A stretch of DNA of 32,000 bases from Synechocystis sp. PCC 6803 substr. PCC-P (GCF_000284455.1 NC_017039.1:1770001-1802000); one strand, 5' to 3'. Counted from the first letter of the stretch, positions 1 through 9,009 are shown. Made by a program: numbers and translations. Notes: generated from the letters alone by a model not told the origin.

Positions 1-2
1 AA

Positions 3-449
3 CCCTATAACGTTATTTACGGGGGACAGCATGTCCAGGACTTGAGCGAACATCCCAACCGTTGCGTCAAAATTTTTATGGGGCCGAATCGGGGCAATTG
101 CAGTACTGCCTCTGGGCGTTACCAGTTTTTGAATACCACCTGGGCTGAAAAAGCGGGTAAATATCATCCCCAGCCCCAGAAATTTTTGCTCTGGAAAAAT
201 TACAGCTTTGAGCCGGAGTACCAGGACCAAGTGCTTTACCGTTGGCTAGCTGATACCAAAGCCTGGGGGATGGATATTGGGGCCCAATTGCGGGCAGGGC
301 ATCTAGACCAGGTTTTGCGTCACCTTTCCCCCACTTGGACTAGTTTGGGCTACGGCATTGAGGACAATGTGATTACCAGACGTTTACCGGAACTTTATCA
401 AAAGTTGTTGCAAGAAGAATTGCTTTTGGCCCACCATCATCAGGATTGA
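3..449 (+). CDS. Lysozyme-like protein of the GH104 (phage lambda R-type lytic transglycosylase) family. The 5' end lies left of the window.
   Basis: The frame is open from nt 3 (PYNVIYGGQHVQDLSEHPN...), so the TTG at 42 in the ORF track is not the true start. The motifs YNVIYGG..., SEHP and STASGRYQFLNTTW match the conserved GH104 core as I recall it. Stop codon at 447-449. Confidence 0.7.
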   Translation, partial: PYNVIYGGQHVQDLSEHPNRCVKIFMGPNRGNCSTASGRYQFLNTTWAEKAGKYHPQPQKFLLWKNYSFEPEYQDQVLYRWLADTKAWGMDIGAQLRAGHLDQVLRHLSPTWTSLGYGIEDNVITRRLPELYQKLLQEELLLAHHHQD

Positions 450-485
450 AGGGATTTGACAAAAAATTTATTCCTAGTTGTCCCC

Positions 486-1271
486 TTAGCCACAAACCGC
501 AGTGTGCCTGACTGGAATTTGTCTCGCTTCTAAAAAGGTTTTCAACTCCCCAATGGTTAACTGACCATAGTGCAATAGGGAAGCTAACAGTGCCGCTTCA
601 GCTTTGCCTTCCGTGAATGCTTCGTACACGTGCTGACAATTACCCGCTCCCCCGGAAGCAATCACCGGAATTTCCACCCGTTCGGCGATCGCCGCTGTGA
701 GGGCCAGATCGTAACCCGCTTGGGTGCCATCCCCGTCCATACTGGTGACCAGCAATTCCCCTGCCCCCCGTTTGGCCACTTCCTCCGCCCAGGCGATCGC
801 ATCTAGGCCGGTGTTTTCCCGCCCCCCCCGCACATACACATCCCAGCCGGGATTATCCGCATCTAACCGACGACGGGCATCGATCGCCACCACAATGCAT
901 TGCCGCCCAAAACGGTCACTAGCTCGACTAATAAAGTCCGGGTCCCGCACAGCAGAGGAATTAACACTCACCTTATCTGCCCCAGCCCGGAGCAGATTTT
1001 TAATATGTTCCAACGTAGAAATGCCGCCCCCTACCGTTAGGGGAATAAACACCTCTTCCGCAGTGCGATAAACCACATCAATAATGGTGTCCCGTTGCTC
1101 GTGGGTAGCAGTGATGTCTAAAAACACCAACTCGTCTGCCCCCGCTTCGTTATAGGCCCGGGCCAACTCCACCGGATCCCCGGCATCTTGGAGATCAACA
1201 AAGTTTATGCCCTTGACCACCCGCCCTGCATTGACATCTAAACAAGGCAAAATCCGTTTTGCTAAGGTCAT
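486..1271 (-). CDS. hisF: Imidazole glycerol phosphate synthase, cyclase subunit HisF
   Basis: 261 aa with an ATG start (cat at 1269-1271). The N-terminus [21 protein letters not shown] and the stretches [12 protein letters not shown] and SGGAG are hallmarks of the HisF (beta/alpha)8 barrel. Length is typical. Confidence 0.95.
   Translation of the reverse strand: MTLAKRILPCLDVNAGRVVKGINFVDLQDAGDPVELARAYNEAGADELVFLDITATHEQRDTIIDVVYRTAEEVFIPLTVGGGISTLEHIKNLLRAGADKVSVNSSAVRDPDFISRASDRFGRQCIVVAIDARRRLDADNPGWDVYVRGGRENTGLDAIAWAEEVAKRGAGELLVTSMDGDGTQAGYDLALTAAIAERVEIPVIASGGAGNCQHVYEAFTEGKAEAALLASLLHYGQLTIGELKTFLEARQIPVRHTAVCG
685..692. repeat. HIP1 octamer GCGATCGC, the first of at least 25 exact dispersed copies
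   Basis: Exact copies read by eye start at 685, 793, 2791, 3389, 4447, 5464, 7452, 9297, 10466, 11869, 12289, 16802, 18763, 20140, 20869, 21553, 22407, 22578, 23649, 26151, 26733, 27904, 28528, 29362 and 30242. About 0.5 copies are expected for a random 8-mer in 32 kb. Confidence 0.95.
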
Positions 1272-1484
1272 AATTTTATTGCAAATATTTCAAACAAAAA
1301 TTGTGGTCAATGTGAATTAAACGAAGCAAATAAAACATCCGAACCCGGCAATTTGTCCGTAGTATCCCAAAGATTAAGCTCGAATGGGGCGGTGAAGTTC
1401 CATTTCCCCATCCAAGTCCCTTGGCCGACAAATACATTTTCCCAGCAACTTAGTTGAGGGGAAGGTTTTCTGTTGACTATTGAT

Positions 1485-2231
1485 TTAGAAACCAAAGCTG
1501 GGGAAAGGAATGGGCACCGGCAAACTGGGGATAGGGGGAGAGTAGTTCACTCCGCCGGTGGAACAACTCAGCCCGGGCAAAAGGTTGGAGCACATACTCT
1601 GCAAGGCTCCATCCGGAGTGATCGGAATGCTGAAGCCATTGAACAAACTACCACTCAAAAGGGCGACTAACTCCTCCGGAGTCATGGGAATCACAGAACC
1701 GAGGATGCCCTCCAAAACACTGACCTTTTCCCCCGCTTTAACCCGAGTTCTTTGCTGTGGATTTTCCGGATCACTAACCAACACCGCCCCCTCCAGAACC
1801 TTAATTTCCCCCGATTGACCTTCATTCCTTTCCATGACATACACTGTGCCAGTCACCGCCACACTGACCCCCGCCATACAACCATTGACAGGACCACTGG
1901 CCAGCAACTTACCCCGTTCCAACTCTACGCATTGACCGACAATTACGCTGGCATTTTCGCTCAATCTTCCTGACGCCCCATTATTAAACAATATTCCGGC
2001 TCTGGCTTTTTTGGTCACTATGACCTGGCCAAATTCCGCTTGGTCATCCACTTTTGCCTGGATTTCTTCGATGTAAACCTGGGGACCGTCAATGATTTCC
2101 TGCACCACTGCTTGGCTGATTTGGGCTTGGCTGGGGGCCACGGCCCATCCCAGGGCGAGTAAGGGCGCAGAAGCACCGATGGCACTTAGTTTAAGAAATT
2201 TGGCTTTGGGTGAGCTGGGTGGGGTAATCAT
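1485..2231 (-). CDS. Exported FecR-domain-like protein
   Basis: 248 aa with an ATG start. N-terminal signal-like segment KLSAIGASAPLLALGWAVAPSQAQ. The central beta-rich region (ARAGILFNNGASGRLSENASV...VAVTGTVYVMERN...IKVLEGAVLV) resembles the FecR sensor fold. The C-terminus is Pro-rich and ends in FPSFGF. Confidence 0.6.
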   Translation of the reverse strand: MITPPSSPKAKFLKLSAIGASAPLLALGWAVAPSQAQISQAVVQEIIDGPQVYIEEIQAKVDDQAEFGQVIVTKKARAGILFNNGASGRLSENASVIVGQCVELERGKLLASGPVNGCMAGVSVAVTGTVYVMERNEGQSGEIKVLEGAVLVSDPENPQQRTRVKAGEKVSVLEGILGSVIPMTPEELVALLSGSLFNGFSIPITPDGALQSMCSNLLPGLSCSTGGVNYSPPIPSLPVPIPFPSFGF

Positions 2232-2373
2232 GGCATGGCACCGGGAAAGGATCTGTAGGGGAACGTAAAATTGGTTAGGGGGGGGGAAAGTCGTTTTTCT
2301 TTGGGGCTAGACGACACAGGAAAATTTTCGCTTCCATCTTAGCCGTTTATCAACGTATTTTATTGGAGAAAAA

Positions 2374-5178
2374 GTGGTCATGGCAGTGCGTTTTTTGTTC
2401 AACTTAACCTTTGCCTCCGTGGTCACAGTTTGTGTTTTGGGGGGCGGGAAATGGAGTTATATATCTTTAGCCCAGTCTCCCCCAGAAGTCATCTTGAAAG
2501 GAGAAAGTAAAACTCCGATCGCCACTGCTCAGCAATATTTTAATCAGGGTCTCAAGCATTATCAGCAGGGTAACCTAACAGATTTTCAAGCGGCCCAAAG
2601 TTCCTGGGAAGAGGCCTTGGCCCTCTGGCGGCAGGAAAATAATTTACCCCAGATAGCGGTCACGTTAAATTTTCTTTGTTTGGTTCAGCGTCAGTTGGCT
2701 CCCCCGACAAAGGCCTTAGCCTGTTACCAAGAGTTATTAACCACCGCCCAAGCCTTGAAAGATACCCAAACGGAGGCTAATGGTCTGGTGGCGATCGCCC
2801 AATTGCAATTACAACAGGGTAACTACCAGGAGGCATTTGAAAGCTTGGAAAAGTCCTTACCCCTTTGGCAACAAGCCAACTTTAAAACGGGGGAGGTGAT
2901 TAGTCAGAATGAGTTGGGGCAAATGTATTTGACTTTGGGGGCAACAACTCAGGCCGAGTATTTTTACAACAAAGCTTTGGCCCAGGCCCAATCCTTGGGG
3001 AACCGGGGTAATATCGCTGGCATTGAACATAATTTGGCCCAGGTGAAATTAGCCAGTGGAGATCTAAAAGGCGCTTTAGCCCTGGAAGAAAATGCTTTTC
3101 AACATTGGCAAGGTTTGATCCATGACCTTGGCGATCGGGCCACACCGGATCTTGTGCGAGGCCAGGCAGCGGGATTAAATAACCTCGCTTTTATGCAGGT
3201 GCAAAATCAGCAATTAAATTTAGCCCAAGAAAATTACCAAAAAGCATTAATAATCTGGCAACGGTTGGGGGATAAAAATGGGGAAGCTAGTAGCTTAAAT
3301 AATTTGGGTTACCTAGCTTTTTTGCAAGGGGATTTACCCACAGCGCTCGATTACTATCAACGGGCTTTAATCCTACGACAAACCACTGGCGATCGCCTGA
3401 AGGAAAGCTTAACTCGCTATTGGTTAGCGGTGGCTTGGAAGCAACAGGGAGAAGTACAGCAGGCCATGGCGGAAATTGAAGAGGCAATTTATTTACTGGA
3501 AAATCTACGACAGGCCATTGGCAACGAGGATTTAAGGGCTAGCTTTTTAGCTTCCAAACAGGATTATTATCAGTTTTATATTGACCTGTTAATGGAACAA
3601 CATCAACGGCAACCCAATCAAGGCTGGGATGAAAAAGCTTTGGTGGTTAGTGAATCCGCTAAAGCTAGATCTTTGTTGGATATTTTGGCCCAAACCCCAG
3701 GGAAAATCACCAAGGGAATTTCTTCTCAGTTGGTAAACGAAAAAGAAACCATTGAACAGCAACTCAATACCCTCCAGGAAAAGAAAATCAAGTTATATAG
3801 TTCTAACTATGATCCACAAAAACAAAGGGAGTTGGACCAGGCCATAACAGATCTATTGCAACGGTATGACCGAGTTTTAGGGCAAATTGAGCGACAAAAT
3901 CCCGACTATAGCGCCCTTACCCGCCCCCGACCATTGGACTTACCTCAAATCCAAGCCCTGTTGGACAATGAAACCCTATTGTTGGCATACGCCCTGGGCA
4001 AAGAGCGCAGTCATCTCTGGGTGGTAAGTGAATCTAGCCTGCGGAGTTACGTACTTCCCGGCGCTGACCAGTTGGACGAGGCCATTAAGACCTTTCGCCA
4101 ATCCTTTTTGGAGCCTACCCAGCGGATTCGTCGCCCCCTGGCCATCAATCAAGGGGCCCAGTTATATAGTCAGTTAATCCCAGACCCGACAGTGATTGCA
4201 GGAAAAAGATTGCTGATTGTGCCCGATGGCGTGTTGCAATATCTGCCCTTTGGAGCCTTGGTGACGGACAATCCTCCCGGCCAGCCCCCCACCTATTTAA
4301 CTGATCGCCACGAATTGGTTACCATGCCGTCTGCTTCTACCCTAGGCATTCTGCGGCAAAATACGGCCCAGAGGAAACCAGCCCCCAATTTGCTGGCGGT
4401 GTTTGCCGATCCAGTATTCACCAGTAGTGACGAAAGGTTGGGTACGGCGATCGCCCGTCGTCCAGACAATTTGCCGGTGGATTTGGAACTGTCCGCCAGG
4501 GATGCGGGGGTTTATTTTGACCGGCTCCCCTACACCGAACAGGAAGCTGAACAATTGGTGGCCCTCTTTCCCCCGGAAGCCAGTTTAAATGAATTAGGCT
4601 TTGAAGCCACCAGGGCCCGGGTTTTTGCCGACACCATGGGGCAGTATCGTTTTATTCACTTTGCCACCCACGGCATTCTCAACAGTAAAAATCCTCAACT
4701 GTCGGGACTGGTCCTTTCCCTACTCAATCCAGAGGGGGAACCCATCAACGGATTCGTGCGTTTGTACGATATTTTTAACCTTAACCTGCCAGCGGACTTA
4801 GTGGTGCTCAGTGCTTGCCAAACAGGACTTGGTCAGGAAATCCGGGGCGAAGGACTAATTGGCCTGACTAGAGGTTTTATGTATGCCGGGGCGGCTAGGG
4901 TCGTGGTTAGCCTGTGGAGTGTGGATGACGAAGCCACCGCCCGTTTAATGACGGAGTTTTACCGGGCTTTACTGCAACGGCAAATGCCCCCGGCCGCCGC
5001 CTTGCAATGGGCCAAACAAAAATTGAAGGAAGACCCCCGTTTTGCTTCCCCCTATTTTTGGGCCGGTTTCACCCTCCAGGGGGAATGGCAAAATTTACGC
5101 CCTACTAATCAGTTAGTCAAGGGAACGTCTCCGGCTTCATCGGTACCGACAAAAAGAATGGGCACATCGCTAAATTGA
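2374..5178 (+). CDS. TPR-repeat CHAT-domain protein (caspase-like Cys protease fold) with an N-terminal signal or anchor
   Basis: 934 aa. GTG at 2374 or ATG at 2380. Hydrophobic N-terminus FLFNLTFASVVTVCVLGG. There are many TPR-like repeats (NNLGYLAFLQGDLPTALDYYQRAL etc.). The C-terminal CHAT domain carries a His/Cys dyad in context (FIHFATHG ... LVVLSACQTG) and the typical end SPYFWAGFTLQGEW. Confidence 0.85.
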   Translation: MVMAVRFLFNLTFASVVTVCVLGGGKWSYISLAQSPPEVILKGESKTPIATAQQYFNQGLKHYQQGNLTDFQAAQSSWEEALALWRQENNLPQIAVTLNFLCLVQRQLAPPTKALACYQELLTTAQALKDTQTEANGLVAIAQLQLQQGNYQEAFESLEKSLPLWQQANFKTGEVISQNELGQMYLTLGATTQAEYFYNKALAQAQSLGNRGNIAGIEHNLAQVKLASGDLKGALALEENAFQHWQGLIHDLGDRATPDLVRGQAAGLNNLAFMQVQNQQLNLAQENYQKALIIWQRLGDKNGEASSLNNLGYLAFLQGDLPTALDYYQRALILRQTTGDRLKESLTRYWLAVAWKQQGEVQQAMAEIEEAIYLLENLRQAIGNEDLRASFLASKQDYYQFYIDLLMEQHQRQPNQGWDEKALVVSESAKARSLLDILAQTPGKITKGISSQLVNEKETIEQQLNTLQEKKIKLYSSNYDPQKQRELDQAITDLLQRYDRVLGQIERQNPDYSALTRPRPLDLPQIQALLDNETLLLAYALGKERSHLWVVSESSLRSYVLPGADQLDEAIKTFRQSFLEPTQRIRRPLAINQGAQLYSQLIPDPTVIAGKRLLIVPDGVLQYLPFGALVTDNPPGQPPTYLTDRHELVTMPSASTLGILRQNTAQRKPAPNLLAVFADPVFTSSDERLGTAIARRPDNLPVDLELSARDAGVYFDRLPYTEQEAEQLVALFPPEASLNELGFEATRARVFADTMGQYRFIHFATHGILNSKNPQLSGLVLSLLNPEGEPINGFVRLYDIFNLNLPADLVVLSACQTGLGQEIRGEGLIGLTRGFMYAGAARVVVSLWSVDDEATARLMTEFYRALLQRQMPPAAALQWAKQKLKEDPRFASPYFWAGFTLQGEWQNLRPTNQLVKGTSPASSVPTKRMGTSLN

Positions 5179-5867
5179 CCCAAACCCACGGAATCAAACA
5201 GTTCTACCAATTCCTGCCGTTGTTCCGGCAGACTGGCCACAATCATCAACGTATCTTGCCAAATACCTTGGTTGGCATAGAGATTGGCTTTGCTCAAAGG
5301 TTCATTGGTTTCTTCAATTTGCTCTGTTATCTCAACATCTAATTCCTGGCGCACGAGCCCGGCTTCCACCGCACTGCCCACCACTTGGTTGTCAATGGTG
5401 CAATTAACGGCAAATGCCCAAGCATATTCCCCGCCTGGTTCTAACCCTACGGTTGTGGGAACGGCGATCGCCAAAATACTTTCCTTACTGGGCACCGCCA
5501 CGGTTTGGCTATGGATTAATTCCCCGGCCCCATCCACTAGGACAAATTCCCCTTCCACTCCTTTGTTGGCGGGTACATAAACAAACAAACTAGGATTGGC
5601 CGTAGCGGTAAACGTGTCTTGGCTGGGGGCCACTATTCTGAGGTTGGTGTTGGCCTGGGTGAAACAACTGCCGCCCCTAGTGCCTCCTCCTCCGGAGCTT
5701 TGGGTGGTACCCCGATCACCAGCCTGGGGAAATTTCAAGCTAACTAGGGTTTCCGTTGGGGTTGGGCTAAAGGATAAATCATCAACACCAGAGGCAATGG
5801 TCTGGGGGGCAGATACGGTAAAGGTTAGGGCAGTGGCTAACAAAAGCGGCAAGGGATGATTAACCAT
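5109..5867 (-). CDS. DUF928-family exported protein
   Basis: 252 aa with an ATG start. Signal peptide MVNHPLPLLLATALTFTVSAPQTIASG. The Gly-rich motif PQAGDRGTTQSSGGGGTRGGSC is the DUF928 signature as I recall it. Its 3' end overlaps the CHAT gene by 70 nt, convergently. Confidence 0.7.
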   Translation of the reverse strand: MVNHPLPLLLATALTFTVSAPQTIASGVDDLSFSPTPTETLVSLKFPQAGDRGTTQSSGGGGTRGGSCFTQANTNLRIVAPSQDTFTATANPSLFVYVPANKGVEGEFVLVDGAGELIHSQTVAVPSKESILAIAVPTTVGLEPGGEYAWAFAVNCTIDNQVVGSAVEAGLVRQELDVEITEQIEETNEPLSKANLYANQGIWQDTLMIVASLPEQRQELVELFDSVGLGQFSDVPILFVGTDEAGDVPLTN

Positions 5868-6010
5868 GGCAAATTTGGGAATTTGAGGAATTATGGTTCC
5901 AGCTTAGCCTAGGTCAACCCGGGGTAACGAGGGGATGTTCAGTGGCGGGATTGACCAATAAAAATTCCGTTGGCTGGAGGTTAGGGGGTCTACAGTGGAG
6001 TGAGAATTGT

Positions 6011-6565
6011 CTAAGGACGATAAATCCCCACTTTTGGCACCATTTGGGGGGCAGGGGGCCGATAATTGCGACCAAAACCGTAGTCCCCCAACCACATCAA
6101 GCCATGGCGAATATTATCCGTTCCCCCCTCGGCAAAATATTGCCACAGGCAATGGACTGCGGTGAGGGGCACTGTGGACTGGTTCATCAGGGAGGGATCT
6201 GGGCGATCGTCCCCCGGCAAGACAAATAATTTCAGATCTGGTTTGGTTACCGTTAGTTCCCCCAATACTTCCAAGCCGTAGGGCCAATAGCTTTTTCCCC
6301 CCAACAGCCGCACCACAATTACCTCTGCTTGGCCCAATACCCGATCGCCGTAGTCATCGAGGGAAAAAGACTGTTGCAAATTCAGCAGATTACAAACCCG
6401 CAGATCGGGAAAATCCCCGGGCAATCGGGGCCACACCCTGGCGATTGCCTGGATATCAGTGTCAGCGGCGGTTAAAAAAATTAGCGGCGCAGGAGTTTGC
6501 TCAACGATAATAACCCCTTCCATGGCCGGGGTCCAACCACCGGGAAGACTAGCAAGACGATGCAT
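6011..6565 (-). CDS. Stand-alone CobN/ChlH-family N-terminal fragment (CobN-like, 184 aa). Possibly a gene remnant.
   Basis: Intact ORF with an ATG start (cat at 6563-6565). LIFLTAADTDIQAIARVW, VIVVRLLGGKSYWPYGLE and LKLFVLPGDDRPDPSLM resemble the first roughly 180 residues of cobaltochelatase CobN, which is over 1200 aa when full length. No CobN-like continuation is recognisable downstream in any frame. Confidence 0.6.
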   Translation of the reverse strand: MHRLASLPGGWTPAMEGVIIVEQTPAPLIFLTAADTDIQAIARVWPRLPGDFPDLRVCNLLNLQQSFSLDDYGDRVLGQAEVIVVRLLGGKSYWPYGLEVLGELTVTKPDLKLFVLPGDDRPDPSLMNQSTVPLTAVHCLWQYFAEGGTDNIRHGLMWLGDYGFGRNYRPPAPQMVPKVGIYRP

Positions 6566-6756
6566 AATAGTTGAAAATATATGGAGATAAATCCATGGAC
6601 TGACAAGGGCTAGATAAATAATTTCCTTAAAAAAATCTTAGATCTTTAAAAATACTTAGATTTTGAAGGGTTAGGCAAAAACCTAGGCATGATGGAAATA
6701 GAAATCCATGGGGCTTGGTCGTTGAATGCCGCCGCCCAGTCTATGTTCAATTCGGC

Positions 6757-9009
6757 ATGCTACCCGCTTTTTCCCCCATTTTCCGTCGACTCTTACCTGC
6801 TGTCACCTTTGAACGCTTGCTCCGTTTTTGGCGTACCCTGGCCCAACAAACAGGAGATGGGGTGCAGTGTTTTGTGGGGGATTTGCCCAGTAGTTTGAAG
6901 CCTCCCCCTGGGCCATCGGTGCTGGAGGCAGAGGTTGACCACCGTTTTGCCCTCCTGGTTAGTCCAGGGCAATGGGCCCTGTTGGAAGGAGAACAAATTT
7001 CTCCCCACCATTATGCGGTGTCCATCACTTTTGCCCAGGGTATCATCGAAGACTTCATTCAAAAGCAAAATTTGCCCGTGGTAGCGGAAGCCATGCCCCA
7101 CCGGCCAGAGACTCCATCTGGTCCCACCATTGCCGAACAATTGACCCTGGGGCTACTAGAAATTCTCAATAGCGACAGCACCAGCTTTTCCCCAGAGCCT
7201 TCTCTCCAGGACAGTTTGCAGGCTAGTCAAGTCAAACTTTTGAGCCAGGTTATTGCCCAAATTCGCCAAAGTTTAGACCTGTCGGAAATCCTCAACAATG
7301 CGGTGACGGCAGTGCAAAAATTTCTCTTTGTCGATCGCCTAGTTATTTACCAATTCCACTACAGCCAACCATCCCTAACACCGCTCGAGGAAAATCAAAT
7401 TCCCGCCCCCAGGCCCCGCCAGCAATATGGAGAGGTGACCTACGAAGCCCGGCGATCGCCAGAAATTGACACCATGTTGGGCATCATGACCGAAAACGAT
7501 TGTTTTTCCCAGGTCTTCAGCTACGAACAGAAGTATCTTAAGGGCGCCGTGGTGGCGGTCAGCGACATTGAAAATCACTACTCTTCTTCCTACTGTTTAG
7601 TCGGGCTGCTGCAACGCTATCAGGTCCGGGCTAAATTAGTTGCTCCCATTATTGTTGAAGGACAACTTTGGGGTTTGTTGATTGCCCACCAGTGTCACCA
7701 CCCCCGGCAATGGTTGGATAGCGAGAAGAATTTTTTAGGCCAAATCGGCGAACACCTAGCTGTGGCGATCGTGCAATCCTTGCTGTATAGCGAAGTGCAA
7801 AAACAAAAAAATAACTTTGAAAAGCGAGTAATTGAACGGACCAAGGAATTGCGGGATACCCTCATGGCGGCCCAGGCAGCTAACCTCCTCAAAAGTCAAT
7901 TTATCAATAATATTTCCCATGAGTTACGCACTCCTTTGACCAGTATTATCGGTCTTTCTGCTACTTTGTTAAGATGGTTCGACCATCCCGCTTCCCTACC
8001 CCCAGCTAAGCAACAATATTACCTACTAAATATCCAAGAAAACGGTAAAAAACTGCTGGATCAAATTAACAGTATTATCCAACTGTCCCAGCTTGAATCC
8101 GGCCAAACAGCCCTCAACTGTCAATCTTTTTCCCTGCATACCCTAGCCCAGACAGTGATTCACTCCCTGTTGGGGGTGGCAATTAAACAACAAATTAATT
8201 TAGAGCTAGATTACCAAATTAATGTGGGCCAAGACCAATTCTGCGCTGATCAGGAAAGACTTGACCAAATTCTGACCCAATTGCTCAATAATGCGCTGAA
8301 ATTTACTCCGGCGGAAGGCACAGTTATCCTCCGCATTTGGAAAGAAAGTAACCAGGCTATTTTTCAGGTGGAAGATACGGGCATTGGCATCAATGAACAA
8401 CAGTTGCCGGTGTTATTTGAAGCTTTTAAAGTGGCGGGGGACAGCTACACTAGCTTCTATGAAACCGGTGGCGTCGGCCTGGCCTTAACCAAGCAGTTGG
8501 TGGAACTCCATGGCGGGTATATCGAAGTGGAATCTAGCCCTGGGCAAGGGACAATTTTTACCACTGTAATCCCCCAGCAGAATTTCCCCCCAACCACCAA
8601 GGGACAAGTGCAGGATAAGTTGGATGCCGCCATGCCCTTTAATTCCAGTGTAATTGTCATCGAACAGGATGAGGAAATTGCCACGCTGATTTGTGAATTA
8701 TTAACTGTGGCTAACTATCAGGTCATTTGGTTAATTGATACTACGAATGCTTTGCAGCAGGTGGAACTGTTACAACCGGGTTTGATTATTGTGGATGGGG
8801 ATTTTGTCGATGTAACGGAAGTGACCAGGGGTATTAAAAAGTCCCGGCGCATCAGTAAGGTCACGGTTTTTCTGCTGAGTGAGTCCCTATCCTCAGCGGA
8901 GTGGCAGGCCTTATCCCAAAAAGGTATTGACGATTACTTGCTCAAACCCCTCCAGCCAGAATTACTTTTACAACGGGTGCAGAGTATCCAGCAGGAACCC
9001 CTCCGCTAA
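6757..9009 (+). CDS. Hybrid sensor histidine kinase: uncharacterised N-terminal domain, GAF, HisKA, HATPase_c and a C-terminal receiver-like domain
   Basis: The ORF is open from a TTG at 6715. The first ATG is at 6757 (MLPAFSPIF...). GAF end motif LWGLLIAHQCHHPRQW. H-box FINNISHELRTPLTSI. N-box LTQLLNNALKFT. G-boxes VEDTGIGI and GGVGLALTKQLV. The receiver-like tail contains IIVDGD ... LLKP. Confidence 0.85.
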   Translation: MLPAFSPIFRRLLPAVTFERLLRFWRTLAQQTGDGVQCFVGDLPSSLKPPPGPSVLEAEVDHRFALLVSPGQWALLEGEQISPHHYAVSITFAQGIIEDFIQKQNLPVVAEAMPHRPETPSGPTIAEQLTLGLLEILNSDSTSFSPEPSLQDSLQASQVKLLSQVIAQIRQSLDLSEILNNAVTAVQKFLFVDRLVIYQFHYSQPSLTPLEENQIPAPRPRQQYGEVTYEARRSPEIDTMLGIMTENDCFSQVFSYEQKYLKGAVVAVSDIENHYSSSYCLVGLLQRYQVRAKLVAPIIVEGQLWGLLIAHQCHHPRQWLDSEKNFLGQIGEHLAVAIVQSLLYSEVQKQKNNFEKRVIERTKELRDTLMAAQAANLLKSQFINNISHELRTPLTSIIGLSATLLRWFDHPASLPPAKQQYYLLNIQENGKKLLDQINSIIQLSQLESGQTALNCQSFSLHTLAQTVIHSLLGVAIKQQINLELDYQINVGQDQFCADQERLDQILTQLLNNALKFTPAEGTVILRIWKESNQAIFQVEDTGIGINEQQLPVLFEAFKVAGDSYTSFYETGGVGLALTKQLVELHGGYIEVESSPGQGTIFTTVIPQQNFPPTTKGQVQDKLDAAMPFNSSVIVIEQDEEIATLICELLTVANYQVIWLIDTTNALQQVELLQPGLIIVDGDFVDVTEVTRGIKKSRRISKVTVFLLSESLSSAEWQALSQKGIDDYLLKPLQPELLLQRVQSIQQEPLR

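Noticed and set aside
42-449. The TTG at 42 as the start of a complete 135-aa ORF
   Set aside because: The same frame is open back to nt 3 and already encodes conserved lysozyme-core sequence (PYNVIYGGQHVQD). The gene is truncated by the window edge.
3-449. The lysozyme-like gene as a marker of a prophage or defence island
   Set aside because: It is immediately followed by housekeeping hisF. No capsid, tail, integrase, holin or att-like repeats are visible in the window.
724-1071. 115-aa plus-strand ORF inside hisF
   Set aside because: It is antisense to a confidently identified gene. The product is Pro/Ser/Arg/Ala-rich, which is typical of a spurious antisense frame.
1307-1495. 62-aa minus-strand ORF in the hisF upstream spacer, plus the small ORFs at 1473-1973
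   Set aside because: They are short, have no recognisable motifs, and overlap or lie antisense to the FecR-like gene. Their composition is not protein-like.
5904-6095. 63-aa minus-strand ORF as a frameshifted continuation of the CobN-like gene
   Set aside because: Its translation shows nothing resembling CobN sequence beyond the N-terminal domain, so a simple frameshift pseudogene is not supported.
6689-6898. 69-aa plus-strand ORF overlapping the histidine-kinase 5' end
   Set aside because: It lies in an alternative frame of the kinase N-terminus and has no motifs. The kinase frame continues for 764 codons.
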